In this document: piece by piece, positions 52,338-60,720 of the stretch | Layout of the letters: each line of letters opens with the position of its first letter | Numbering within the stretch: position 1 is the stretch's first letter | Source: Pseudomonadales bacterium | Lineage (GTDB): Bacteria; Pseudomonadota; Gammaproteobacteria; Pseudomonadales; JBECKS01 | Assembly: GCA_040235395.1 (NCBI GenBank) | Contig: JBECKS010000211.1 | Location: forward strand, 1-60,720 | DNA: 60,720 nucleotides | Direction of reading: 5' to 3' | Made by a program: the position numbers and the translations under genes | Notes under the pieces: model-generated | Seen by the model: the letters and a program-made list of their open reading frames with translations, nothing else | Told to the model about the DNA's origin: nothing | Databases searched by the model: none

Positions 52338-53483
52338 TTACTGAATAGCAGCTTCTGATTCAACACCTTCTATCACTTCTTCCTGAACAACATGGAACTC
52401 AACCCTTCGGTTCGCTGCTTTACCTTCCTTGGTTGTATTATCTGCAATTGGGTGCGTTTCTCCCATGCCTACTGCTGTAATAGAGCTTTCATTTACACCC
52501 TGCCCGATTAAGTAATTCCTCACTGCTTCTGCACGGCGCTGGGATAATTTCTGATTGAATGCTTCCGTACCATCACTATCGGTATGTGCCCTCACTTCAA
52601 CTTTAACGGTATCATTCAACATCATTATTCGGGCCGTTTCCTGTAATACATCCAATGAAGTATCAGTGAGTTTTTCTGAAGCTTTTTCAAAATTGATGCC
52701 TTTAAAATCAAGCTGCTTGAAAGCCTGTTCAACCACTTTTTCCTTGGGCAGTTCACAACCTGTCTCGTCAACCACTACACCTTCGAGAGTTCCGGGGCAT
52801 TGATCCTGCTCATCAAATACACCATCCATATCAGAATCTTTTGGCTCTTCAACAGGCGGAGGTAACTCCTTAAGTGGCTTGAATTTATATTGAACTCCAA
52901 TACTTAATGCACTTGCATCACTGCTTAACAAATCAAGATCTGCACGCCATTGCCAGTTATCCTTAATATCATTTTCAACACCTAAACCAAGCATGATATG
53001 CAAAGTATTATCGACATCATAAGGAACACCACCTGAAGAGCCGAGACCTAGCCTTGCCAAACCACCTTTTAAAAACCAGTCGTAGGGCAATTCAAAGGGA
53101 ATCACACTTTTATCAAAAAAATAATTCGCCTCAAGCACCTGCGCCGTATAGGAAACAGCACCTACTTCATTGCCAGGTGGAATCGATATGGAAATACCTG
53201 CTTCACCAAGGTCTGCATAGACGAATTCAAAGCCCCATTCCTCCGAGTAACGATAGCCGCCCTGCAACCTGAAACCCATATCCTTGTCATCGCTTACATA
53301 ATATAAACTTGAACCACTTTCTTCTGGTTCAATGAAAGTAAAAGACAAGCCGCCTCCACCATAGTAATAAGGTTCAAAGCCTTGAGCAGCCTCATCACTA
53401 AAACCACTTAGAGAATAAAGACCCGTTAACAAAACTGACGTAATTACACTAAGTTTCTTAAATTGCATGACTTTTTTTTGCAT
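52338..53483 (-). CDS. OmpA-family outer-membrane protein with TSP3-type linker
   Basis: Signal peptide, N-terminal beta-barrel-like region, DSDMDGVFDEQDQCP (thrombospondin type 3 repeat), and a C-terminal OmpA_C domain (RAHTDSDG...NQKLSQRRAEAV...NRRVEF). Starts 29 nt downstream of the giant gene. Confidence 0.85.
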   Translation of the reverse strand: MQKKVMQFKKLSVITSVLLTGLYSLSGFSDEAAQGFEPYYYGGGGLSFTFIEPEESGSSLYYVSDDKDMGFRLQGGYRYSEEWGFEFVYADLGEAGISISIPPGNEVGAVSYTAQVLEANYFFDKSVIPFELPYDWFLKGGLARLGLGSSGGVPYDVDNTLHIMLGLGVENDIKDNWQWRADLDLLSSDASALSIGVQYKFKPLKELPPPVEEPKDSDMDGVFDEQDQCPGTLEGVVVDETGCELPKEKVVEQAFKQLDFKGINFEKASEKLTDTSLDVLQETARIMMLNDTVKVEVRAHTDSDGTEAFNQKLSQRRAEAVRNYLIGQGVNESSITAVGMGETHPIADNTTKEGKAANRRVEFHVVQEEVIEGVESEAAIQ

Positions 53484-53512
53484 GAAAATTTCCCTTCAAT
53501 AAAAACGACAGA

Positions 53513-56500
53513 TTAATGACGAATATAGGTGCGCAGATTGAAACGTTTGAGACTTACAAAAGTTATCAGCAACATAATGTACAAATAAGAAAGCGATCCA
53601 AATACGCCAGTTCCTGTTTTGAGACCCTTATCTTTTACAAACATGGCATTTGGACCACCGTAAGTGACCTCGTCAAAATCCGTGAATCCATCATTATCAC
53701 TATCAAAATCAGCTTCACGATAATTTGGAATACCGTCGTTATCTGAATCCAGAACAGCTGCTATACGATCTGGATTAGCCGCGTCAAAAACATCTGAAAC
53801 AAGGTTGTTATCACTGTCTGTGAAATCATCTACCATGCCGTCATTATTGATATCAAGATTTCCATTTCCATTTGCGAAAATATCAAACACACCATCATTA
53901 TTGGAATCAGTATCACGGAAGTCAGGCGTGCTATCACCATCTGTATCACCAAACCCTTCCGTTACATCCAGGATTCCATCGTTATCGGAATCCGCATCGA
54001 CAAAATCGTAAAGACCGTCGCCATCGCTATCGACAAGCGCACCGCCAACGCCTAATTCACCAAATGTATATATTCCATCGTTATCATCATCATTATCATT
54101 GGCATCAATAACACCATCACCATCTGTATCTTTAGGACTTGCAACACTACCTACTTCCAGATCATCAGTTACGCCGTCTCCATCACTGTCAGAATCATTT
54201 GGATTAGTGCCAATTGTGATTTCATCTGCATCAGTAATGCCATCACCATCACTATCTTTTGCGAAGACAATGGAAAATTGCGTGGCAGCACTGTTGTTAT
54301 TACCTGCAGTATCAACTGCTACTGAAGCATTAATATCAACTGTAACAGTGCCATCAACCGAGACATCAAGATTAAAACTGAACTGACCATTGCCATCATC
54401 ACTGAAACTTGCACCATTTAAGGCAGCACCGGAAATCTGAAGATCGCTTCCATCAAAACCAGAAACAGTTTCGCCAAAATCAACTGTCACAGGAATGCTG
54501 GTTGCATTCGTTGGAGATGTTTCTATTGAAGCAATCACAGGACTTGGTACAACTGTCTCTTTATCAGCCTGCTGTTGAGTTGCATTTCCGGTATTACTAG
54601 CTGCATCCGTCTGGCTGGCATTAACGGTAACGGCATTAGTACCATCACTTAAACCACTGACATCGAAATTAGTACTCCACAATCCACCAATACATGGCAC
54701 GCCTAGTTGTGTTCCTACGCTGGTAACGGTGACACTTACAGCACCATCGCCGGTGCTACAGGACCCGCTCACAGGATAAGTCGATGCGTTACCGCTGTTA
54801 GCTGTATTTAAGCTATCGATAGTCACTGTTGGCGCTGTGTTATCCAGAGTGAATGATGCTGTTCCGCTTGTATCACTATTGCCTACGCCATCAGTAATGG
54901 TGATTGTTGCATCACCACTGACTTTGCCCATCCCTGTGCCCGCTGTTCCCGAACAAGTCACTGCGTTACCACTCTCAGCTCCACAGCTATAACCAAGGAT
55001 CACAACCGTCGCGCCAGTTTCTACACCAGTACAACTAGCAGTCAGGCTAGTATCATCATTTGCAGGATTTGGACTCACCGTACAGGTAGGCGCTGCAGGC
55101 GCTACATTGTCGAGAGTAAATGCCGCGGTACTGGTCGCGCTGTTAGTAGCTGCATCATAGGTTGTGGCTGTTGCATCACCACTCACTTCACCACCACCAG
55201 TACCAGAAGTTGCTGTACAGCTCACTTCGTTACCGCTTTCTGCACCACAGGTATAATTTGGAATGGACACGCTACCACCAGTCTCTACACCGGTACAGGT
55301 CGCAGTAAGTGCAACACCTGCTTTGGCAAGGTTCGGACTCACCGTACACGTCGCTGCGCTTGGAGCAACATTATCCAAAGTGAAAGATGCAGTTGCCGTA
55401 GTATCTGAATTACCCGCCGTATCCGTAATGGTAATCGTCGCATTACCACTGACTTCGCCACCGCCTGTACCTGCTGTTGCTGTACACGTCACCGCGTTTC
55501 CACTTTCAGCACCACAGGTATAACCCGGAATCGAAACCGTTGCGCCTGTTTCTACACCGGTACAGCTTGCGGTTAAGGCAGTGCTGTTGTTCGCAGGATT
55601 TGGACTGACTGTACAAGTAGGTGCGCTTGGTGCTGTGTTGTCCAAAGTGAAAGATGCTGTTGCGCTAGCGTCACTATTACCAGCAGCATCGGTAATGGTT
55701 ACCGTTGCATCACCACTCACTTCACCACCACCGGTACCAGCAGTTGCGGTACAAGTCACCGCGTTACCGCTTTCTGCACCACAGGTATAACCCGGAATTG
55801 AAACCGTTGCGCCCGTTTCCACGCCGGTACAGCTTGCCGTTAAAGCGGAACTGTTATTCGCCGGATTCGGACTGACTGTACAAGTAGGTGCACTGGGTGC
55901 CGTGTTATCCAGGGTGAATGAAGCTGTACTGGTAGCACTGTTAGCAGCTGCATCATAGGTGGTAGCAGTAGCATCACCACCCACTTCGCCACCACCTGTC
56001 CCGGCAGTTGCTGTACAAGTCACTTCGTTTCCACTTTCAGCACCACAAGTGTAATTTGGAATGGACACACTGCCGCCAGTTTCAACACCAGTACAGGTCG
56101 CGGTTAAAGCGGTGCTGTTATTCGCAGGGTTGGGACTCACCGTACAGTTTGCTGCACTAGGCGCAACATTGTCCAAGGTAAAAGATGCCGTTGCTGTGGC
56201 ATCACTATTACCAGCCATATCGGTAATAGTAACCGTGGCATCACCACCCACTTCACCACCACCGGTACCAGCCGTTGCTGTACAAGTGATTTCGTTTCCG
56301 CTTTCAAGTCCACAGGTATAATCGGGAATTGAAATCGTTGCGTCAGTCTCGACGCCGGTGCAGGTTGCGGTTAATGCAGTGCTGTTGTTCGCCGGATTTG
56401 GACTGACTGTACAAGTGGGTGCACTGGGTGCTGTGTTATCCAAAGTGAAGGATGCTGTTGCGGTAGCATCACTATTGCCGACAGTATCGGTAATGGTGAC

Positions 56501-58516
56501 TGTGGCATTGCCACTGACTTCGCCACCGCCAGTACCAGCAGTTCCTGTACAAGTCACTGCGTTTCCGCTTTCAGCACCACAGCTATAATTCGTGATTGAA
56601 ACCGTTGCCCCCGTTTCAACACCGGTACAACTTGCCGTTAAGGCAGTGCTATCCTGAGCCGGATTCGGGCTCACCGTACAAGTAGGTGGCGTGGGTGCAG
56701 TAGCATCCTTGTCAGCAGTTTGCTGGGCGGCACTACCAATATTTCCAGCCGGATCAGTCTGGTTAGCGTCCACGATAACCACAGCACTACCATCAGACAG
56801 GCTGCTCACATCGAAAGTGATACTCCACGCATCCGCTGTACAAGAGACGTATTGTGTTTCCACACTGGAAACTGTTACTCGAACATCCCCTTCAACTGTC
56901 TCGCAAGTTCCGCTAACCGAATAAGTGCCTTCATTCGCTGAGGTTACATTACTAAGCGCATCAATACTTACCAAAGGTAGTGTGTTATCCAGCACCCAAT
57001 CCCTTTCATCGGTACCCGTAGGTAAACCGTTAATAAGTGCTGTACCCACAGTATTCTTTAGATTATGACCACCAGCCAAGCCAAGGCTGACTGTTCCATC
57101 CAGACTTGCCAGATTGCCCCCAGAAACTGTCACATCATAAACGCTGGTCGCCGTTTGTTCTGTTACACCAATCGAGGTACCGGTTGCACCCGATACGCTA
57201 AAATCAGAGCTATCGACATTCTGCATGTTGGTGGAAAAAGTTACACGCCAGGTCAAACTGTCTGCATTGGTAGGGCTTGAATTTGGTGACAGATAAAGCG
57301 CAGTCGCAATACGCGGATTGGTATCAGCTTGCACATCAACTGTTAAATCCTGTGAATCTGTTCCTCCATTACCGTCACTGACAGTCACTGTCACGCTATA
57401 GGTTCCAATAACTGACAAAGCAGAAAAAGTCAGGACCCCAGTGCCCGAATCAATTGTGAAAAGACCCGCATCTGTTCCACTCTTTGAATAAGTCAGGGTA
57501 TCACCGTTGCCATCGGTTGCATTGACGTCGGTAACAGCTGTCTCGGTTTCAACTACAACGACAGTTGCTGTGTCACCACCACCATTTGAAGTAATTACCG
57601 GGAAAACATTGGTACCGGAAACGGGTGGAGAAAATGCGCCATGGTCAGTGTAGGGAACACTGTAATCTCCGGTTCCATCGTAACCCGCGGTATCATTATT
57701 AAAGGTATTAATCTGGTTTGATGACGAAAGGGTAAAAGCAATAGGCGTAGCTGGCGTAATATTCAATGTTGAAATTAAAGGTCCAGTATCACCACCTGCT
57801 CCATCATTAACGTTACGGGTATTCTGGTTCAACTCATCAATAAAGGTCTGCCACGACAGCCTGAAACTGATAAAACGGTCAACCTTACCCAACCCATCAA
57901 TATCATCCGTACCATCGGGGCTCAGGTCTGAATCGGTTGTTCCATCCACAGGCAGGAAAGTCATTTCCGTTGTGTTCTGGGTTAAGGTAACCAGCTCAAC
58001 AGGATTGTCACCATTGGCTGTCGCAGGTGAGGTATTGGCAGCGCCACCGGCATCCAACAAGGTGATAGCACCAGCAAAACCGGAACCAGAAATTTCCTTA
58101 GCATTTCCGTTGACGACCAGGAAGGAGTCCAGGTCACCATCAAGGTCAAGGTCCATACCAATCCAGATATAACCGCCCAAGGCATCCTCGTTTTCACAGC
58201 ACGCACCTGACACCCTGATCCGAAAAGCAATGGAGTCATCTGCTACATCAGCTGGGTCAGTACCCGGTGTGCCACCATCATCGTATATACGGAACAAGGT
58301 GCCTTGAATATCGTTTCCCAGAATTTCGATGCTGTCATCATTGAGGGAACTATCTATACCGGAATCAAAATTGCTTCCCTTGAGGATGGTTTGCCAATCA
58401 GCGGTTGAACCCGAAATATCGATTGCCGCTAAAAGGTTCCCTGAAAACAAACCCGCAAACAGACCGAACAACAGAGCAATGCTTTTAACACTTGTGAATT
58501 TTTGATAGATATTCAA
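53513..58516 (-). CDS. Giant cell-surface adhesin-like protein (1667 aa)
   Basis: TTG start. Sec signal peptide SIALLFGLFAGLFSGNLLAA. A cadherin-like domain (DVNATDGNGDTLTYS...VTVSDGNGGTD). Seven 88/89-aa four-Cys modules flanked by two related Ig-like domains. Multiple DxDxDG TSP3/Ca-binding repeats. C-terminal G-rich, hydrophobic, then basic tail. Confidence 0.85.
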   Translation of the reverse strand: MNIYQKFTSVKSIALLFGLFAGLFSGNLLAAIDISGSTADWQTILKGSNFDSGIDSSLNDDSIEILGNDIQGTLFRIYDDGGTPGTDPADVADDSIAFRIRVSGACCENEDALGGYIWIGMDLDLDGDLDSFLVVNGNAKEISGSGFAGAITLLDAGGAANTSPATANGDNPVELVTLTQNTTEMTFLPVDGTTDSDLSPDGTDDIDGLGKVDRFISFRLSWQTFIDELNQNTRNVNDGAGGDTGPLISTLNITPATPIAFTLSSSNQINTFNNDTAGYDGTGDYSVPYTDHGAFSPPVSGTNVFPVITSNGGGDTATVVVVETETAVTDVNATDGNGDTLTYSKSGTDAGLFTIDSGTGVLTFSALSVIGTYSVTVTVSDGNGGTDSQDLTVDVQADTNPRIATALYLSPNSSPTNADSLTWRVTFSTNMQNVDSSDFSVSGATGTSIGVTEQTATSVYDVTVSGGNLASLDGTVSLGLAGGHNLKNTVGTALINGLPTGTDERDWVLDNTLPLVSIDALSNVTSANEGTYSVSGTCETVEGDVRVTVSSVETQYVSCTADAWSITFDVSSLSDGSAVVIVDANQTDPAGNIGSAAQQTADKDATAPTPPTCTVSPNPAQDSTALTASCTGVETGATVSITNYSCGAESGNAVTCTGTAGTGGGEVSGNATVTITDTVGNSDATATASFTLDNTAPSAPTCTVSPNPANNSTALTATCTGVETDATISIPDYTCGLESGNEITCTATAGTGGGEVGGDATVTITDMAGNSDATATASFTLDNVAPSAANCTVSPNPANNSTALTATCTGVETGGSVSIPNYTCGAESGNEVTCTATAGTGGGEVGGDATATTYDAAANSATSTASFTLDNTAPSAPTCTVSPNPANNSSALTASCTGVETGATVSIPGYTCGAESGNAVTCTATAGTGGGEVSGDATVTITDAAGNSDASATASFTLDNTAPSAPTCTVSPNPANNSTALTASCTGVETGATVSIPGYTCGAESGNAVTCTATAGTGGGEVSGNATITITDTAGNSDTTATASFTLDNVAPSAATCTVSPNLAKAGVALTATCTGVETGGSVSIPNYTCGAESGNEVSCTATSGTGGGEVSGDATATTYDAATNSATSTAAFTLDNVAPAAPTCTVSPNPANDDTSLTASCTGVETGATVVILGYSCGAESGNAVTCSGTAGTGMGKVSGDATITITDGVGNSDTSGTASFTLDNTAPTVTIDSLNTANSGNASTYPVSGSCSTGDGAVSVTVTSVGTQLGVPCIGGLWSTNFDVSGLSDGTNAVTVNASQTDAASNTGNATQQQADKETVVPSPVIASIETSPTNATSIPVTVDFGETVSGFDGSDLQISGAALNGASFSDDGNGQFSFNLDVSVDGTVTVDINASVAVDTAGNNNSAATQFSIVFAKDSDGDGITDADEITIGTNPNDSDSDGDGVTDDLEVGSVASPKDTDGDGVIDANDNDDDNDGIYTFGELGVGGALVDSDGDGLYDFVDADSDNDGILDVTEGFGDTDGDSTPDFRDTDSNNDGVFDIFANGNGNLDINNDGMVDDFTDSDNNLVSDVFDAANPDRIAAVLDSDNDGIPNYREADFDSDNDGFTDFDEVTYGGPNAMFVKDKGLKTGTGVFGSLSYLYIMLLITFVSLKRFNLRTYIRH
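54839..56701 (-). repeat. Seven in-frame tandem coding repeats (267, 264, 267, 267, 264, 267, 267 bp)
   Basis: The LDN codons that mark unit boundaries occur at 54839, 55106, 55370, 55637, 55904, 56168 and 56435. The first boundary is near 56702. Units are clearly diverged at the DNA level, mostly at third positions. Confidence 0.9.
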
Positions 58517-58709
58517 AGGGCTTCTCCATAAACGAAAGATGACTACGCCTACAACGGCAAAAAACAGGCGGGGAAAAATAGGTCGCGTATTCTATCTGAA
58601 AACAGACATAAGAATCGAGCACTTTAGCGCAAATAGCCTTGCAGGCTGGCGAAGTGTATTCTAGGTACTGTGACTAACACTTAGTTAATTTATATCAAGA
58701 GTCCATACG

Positions 58710-58994
58710 ATGAATGACCTAGAAAATGAAAATGTATGGCAATTTCCCTGCATCCTTCCTATCAAGATTATGGGGCCAGCCAGAAAAAGTCTCCTGCCTC
58801 TCTCCATCGAAATCATCCAGAAACATATTCCTGGTTTCTTAGGAGAAAATATCCGTTCGACGGAAAGTAGAACTGGCAAATATCTTTCCCTGACAATCCA
58901 CGTAGAATTCGAGAACAAGGCTCAGGTTGATGCACTATTTGCAGAGCTTGCCCACCACCAACAGCACGGCGATGACATCAGCTTCGTTATCTGA
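58710..58994 (+). CDS. ybeD: YbeD-family (DUF493) protein
   Basis: 94 aa. [13 protein letters not shown] matches the FPC..KVMG signature. Immediately upstream of lipB. Confidence 0.85.
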   Translation: MNDLENENVWQFPCILPIKIMGPARKSLLPLSIEIIQKHIPGFLGENIRSTESRTGKYLSLTIHVEFENKAQVDALFAELAHHQQHGDDISFVI

Positions 58995-59007
58995 AAACAC
59001 CCCCAAA

Positions 59008-59661
59008 ATGAAACAGTTAAATATCAAGCATCTGGGAAAACAGGATTATCTTGGCTCTTGGCAAGCGATGATCCAGTTCACCAATAATCGCGACAAAGAC
59101 ACTGAAGACGAACTCTGGATTGTTGAACACCCCCCTGTTTTCACCTTGGGACAAGCTGGGAAAAAAACACACATCCTCGATGCCCATGACATTGAAATTG
59201 TAGAAAGTGACCGAGGTGGGCAAGTCACTTACCACGGCCCGGGTCAAATTGTTGTTTACCTTCTCATTGATATAAAACGATTAGGTAAAGGGGCAAGACA
59301 ACTTGTTAGCATTATTGAAGAAAGTATTATTGCCTCCTTAAACGAAATCAACATTCCTGCTTTTGCAAAAAAAGAAGCGCCTGGCGTTTATGTATTAAAA
59401 AAAGATTTACCTGAAACAAGCGCGGCACTTTCAAATGATGCTAAGATTGCCGCTCTGGGTTTACGCATTCGAAAGGGCTGCAGTTATCACGGCCTAAGCC
59501 TTAACTTTGACATGGACCTAACGCCTTTTTCCTACATCAATCCTTGCGGCTATGAAGGTCAGGCAGTATGTCAGGTAAAAAACTTCGAGCGAAACATCAC
59601 AAAAGAAGAACTTGTTGATAACCTTGTTGAACAACTCAGCAAACGATTAAACGCTGACTGA
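59008..59661 (+). CDS. lipB: Octanoyltransferase
   Basis: I use ATG 59008 ([14 protein letters not shown]). The track's 58927 start overlaps ybeD. Motifs [42 protein letters not shown] and PCG. Confidence 0.9.
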   Translation: MKQLNIKHLGKQDYLGSWQAMIQFTNNRDKDTEDELWIVEHPPVFTLGQAGKKTHILDAHDIEIVESDRGGQVTYHGPGQIVVYLLIDIKRLGKGARQLVSIIEESIIASLNEINIPAFAKKEAPGVYVLKKDLPETSAALSNDAKIAALGLRIRKGCSYHGLSLNFDMDLTPFSYINPCGYEGQAVCQVKNFERNITKEELVDNLVEQLSKRLNAD

Positions 59662-59681
59662 AACATTCACTCATAAAACAT

Positions 59682-60659
59682 ATGACCAAACAACTTGATA
59701 AAAACCAGAAACGTGAATTTGTTGAACGCGGCATAAAACTTCGTGGCGCTGACAAACTAAAACGTATTCCCATCAAGGTTGAACCTAGCGAAACAGTACT
59801 CAGAAAACCAGAATGGATTCGTATTCGCATTCCCTCTTCATCTAAAGAAGTGAATCGGATAAAAAACCTACTACGTGAACAGAAATTACATACGGTTTGT
59901 GAAGAAGCTTCCTGCCCAAACCTGAATGAATGTTTTAATGGCGGCACTGCAACCTTCATGATTATGGGTGACATCTGTACACGACGCTGTCCTTTTTGCG
60001 ATGTTGCCCATGGCAGACCAAAACCTCTGGATGAAAACGAACCACAACATCTTGCTGAATCCGTAAAAGTGATGGGATTAAAATATGTAGTGGTCACATC
60101 TGTAGATAGAGACGACCTCGAAGACAGCGGTGCACAACATTTTGCGAATTGCATTCAGGCCATTCGCGAGCAATCACCCAAGACACAAATAGAAGTGCTC
60201 ACGCCGGATTTTCGTGGTCGCATGGACATAGCGGTAAACATTCTGGCACTTACGCCACCTGATGTTTTTAATCACAATCTCGAAACCGTTCCCCGCTTGT
60301 ATAAAGAAGCAAGGCCAGGAGCCGACTATCAATACTCACTTGATTTACTGAAAAATTTCAAGGAACAGTGCGGAACCGTTCCCACCAAATCCGGTCTGAT
60401 GCTGGGTCTTGGTGAAGAAATTCCGGAAGTGGAAGCCGTGATGGAAGATTTAAGGAAACACAAAGTGGATATGCTCACGCTTGGTCAGTACTTACAGCCT
60501 AGTCGCGATCATCTTGCTGTAAAAGCCTACATTCATCCTGACGAATTTGATCGGCTAGCAGTCGTTGGGAAAAAGATGGGCTTTATCCATGTAGCTAGTG
60601 GTCCGATGGTGAGATCTTCCTATCACGCAGACAAACAATTCGAAGGAGAAAATTTTTGA
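59682..60659 (+). CDS. lipA: Lipoyl synthase (radical SAM)
   Basis: [12 protein letters not shown] auxiliary cluster motif, CTRRCPFC radical-SAM motif, and C-terminal RSSY. Confidence 0.95.
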   Translation: MTKQLDKNQKREFVERGIKLRGADKLKRIPIKVEPSETVLRKPEWIRIRIPSSSKEVNRIKNLLREQKLHTVCEEASCPNLNECFNGGTATFMIMGDICTRRCPFCDVAHGRPKPLDENEPQHLAESVKVMGLKYVVVTSVDRDDLEDSGAQHFANCIQAIREQSPKTQIEVLTPDFRGRMDIAVNILALTPPDVFNHNLETVPRLYKEARPGADYQYSLDLLKNFKEQCGTVPTKSGLMLGLGEEIPEVEAVMEDLRKHKVDMLTLGQYLQPSRDHLAVKAYIHPDEFDRLAVVGKKMGFIHVASGPMVRSSYHADKQFEGENF

Positions 60660-60720
60660 GTTTGCTTATACTTTGTTGAGTGCTACTTCGCTTTGCTCAT
60701 TTATTGCATATAAATTCCGC

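Noticed and set aside
54839-56701. Regularly spaced repeats that might be mistaken for a CRISPR array or satellite.
   Set aside because: The units are 264-267 bp, directly abutting with no spacers, in frame, and they encode a conserved peptide. They are protein-coding domain repeats.
54099-56941. Many plus-strand ORFs of 60-95 aa listed in the track (for example 55263-55523, 55581-55790, 56061-56321, 56358-56588), with repetitive Ala/Val/Pro-rich products.
   Set aside because: They are antisense shadows of the tandem repeats in the 1667-aa minus-strand gene. Their periodicity simply mirrors the repeat period. They have no independent start context, and their composition is typical of antisense Thr/Gly/Ala codons.
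52316-58709. The adhesin/OmpA cassette as a classical genomic island or mobile element.
   Set aside because: There is no integrase, transposase, tRNA attachment site, or flanking direct or inverted repeat visible. I report it only as an insertion relative to conserved synteny.
58927-59007. Extended lipB start at 58927, and similarly extended starts at 45044 (LolA-like), 2763 (GtrA) and 23947 (parE).
   Set aside because: Each extension overlaps the preceding gene and adds non-conserved residues. Internal ATGs with a better Shine-Dalgarno or better spacing give N-termini that match the family.
59636-60154. 172-aa minus-strand ORF antisense to lipA. Similar internal and antisense ORFs occur in mrdA (46824-47214), parC, thiC and rodA.
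   Set aside because: All lie inside genes that have unmistakable conserved motifs on the other strand. They have no motifs of their own.

Overview
All family calls below come from motif recognition by eye. No BLAST, HMM or covariance search was run.

This is a chromosomal segment of a visibly AT-rich gammaproteobacterium. Its gene order resembles Pseudomonas and Oceanospirillales. I found about 52 protein-coding genes. I found no rRNA, tRNA, CRISPR array, transposase, integrase or recognisable phage or defence genes.

Two housekeeping blocks are recognisable:
- Block 1 (9.9-30.2 kb): rhdA-psd, efp/epmA/epmB, a FimW-like gene and a FimX-like gene, then serB, parC, parE, yqiA, cpdA, a DUF1249 gene, nudF, thiC and tolC.
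- Block 2 (46.0-60.7 kb): mrdA, rodA, mltB, rlpA, dacA, ybeD, lipB and lipA.

Three accessory stretches sit around these blocks.

1. Left end (1-9.8 kb). A five-gene, translationally coupled operon looks like a complete polyprenyl-phospho-arabinofuranose (mycobacterial DPA-type) donor pathway: UbiA phosphoribosyltransferase, GtrA, a DprE1-like FAD oxidase, a DprE2-like SDR and a HAD phosphatase. It is divergent from a GMC flavoprotein and a possibly tocopherol-cyclase/CrtC-like protein. Next come an unlisted 44-aa Cys-rich ORF and a thioesterase / cytoplasmic molybdoenzyme / metal-hydrolase trio.

2. Variable region (30.2-45.9 kb). It contains:
- a porin / FMN_bind (flavinylation motif) / PepSY_TM operon;
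- an orphan 7TMR-DISM hybrid kinase;
- a 1590-nt frame split by one in-frame TAA;
- a PQQ-type sugar dehydrogenase and a metallophosphoesterase;
- a fatty-acid hydroxylase;
- a LysR / RND(SSD) / LolA-like module.

3. Insertion between dacA and ybeD (about 6.2 kb, opposite strand). It encodes a 1667-aa surface protein followed by an OmpA-family protein. The large protein has seven diverged 264/267-bp tandem modules with four conserved Cys each, TSP3-type Ca-binding repeats and a C-terminal sorting-signal-like tail.

The DPA-like locus, the flavinylated PepSY module, the split frame and the Cys-module adhesin are the items most worth follow-up.
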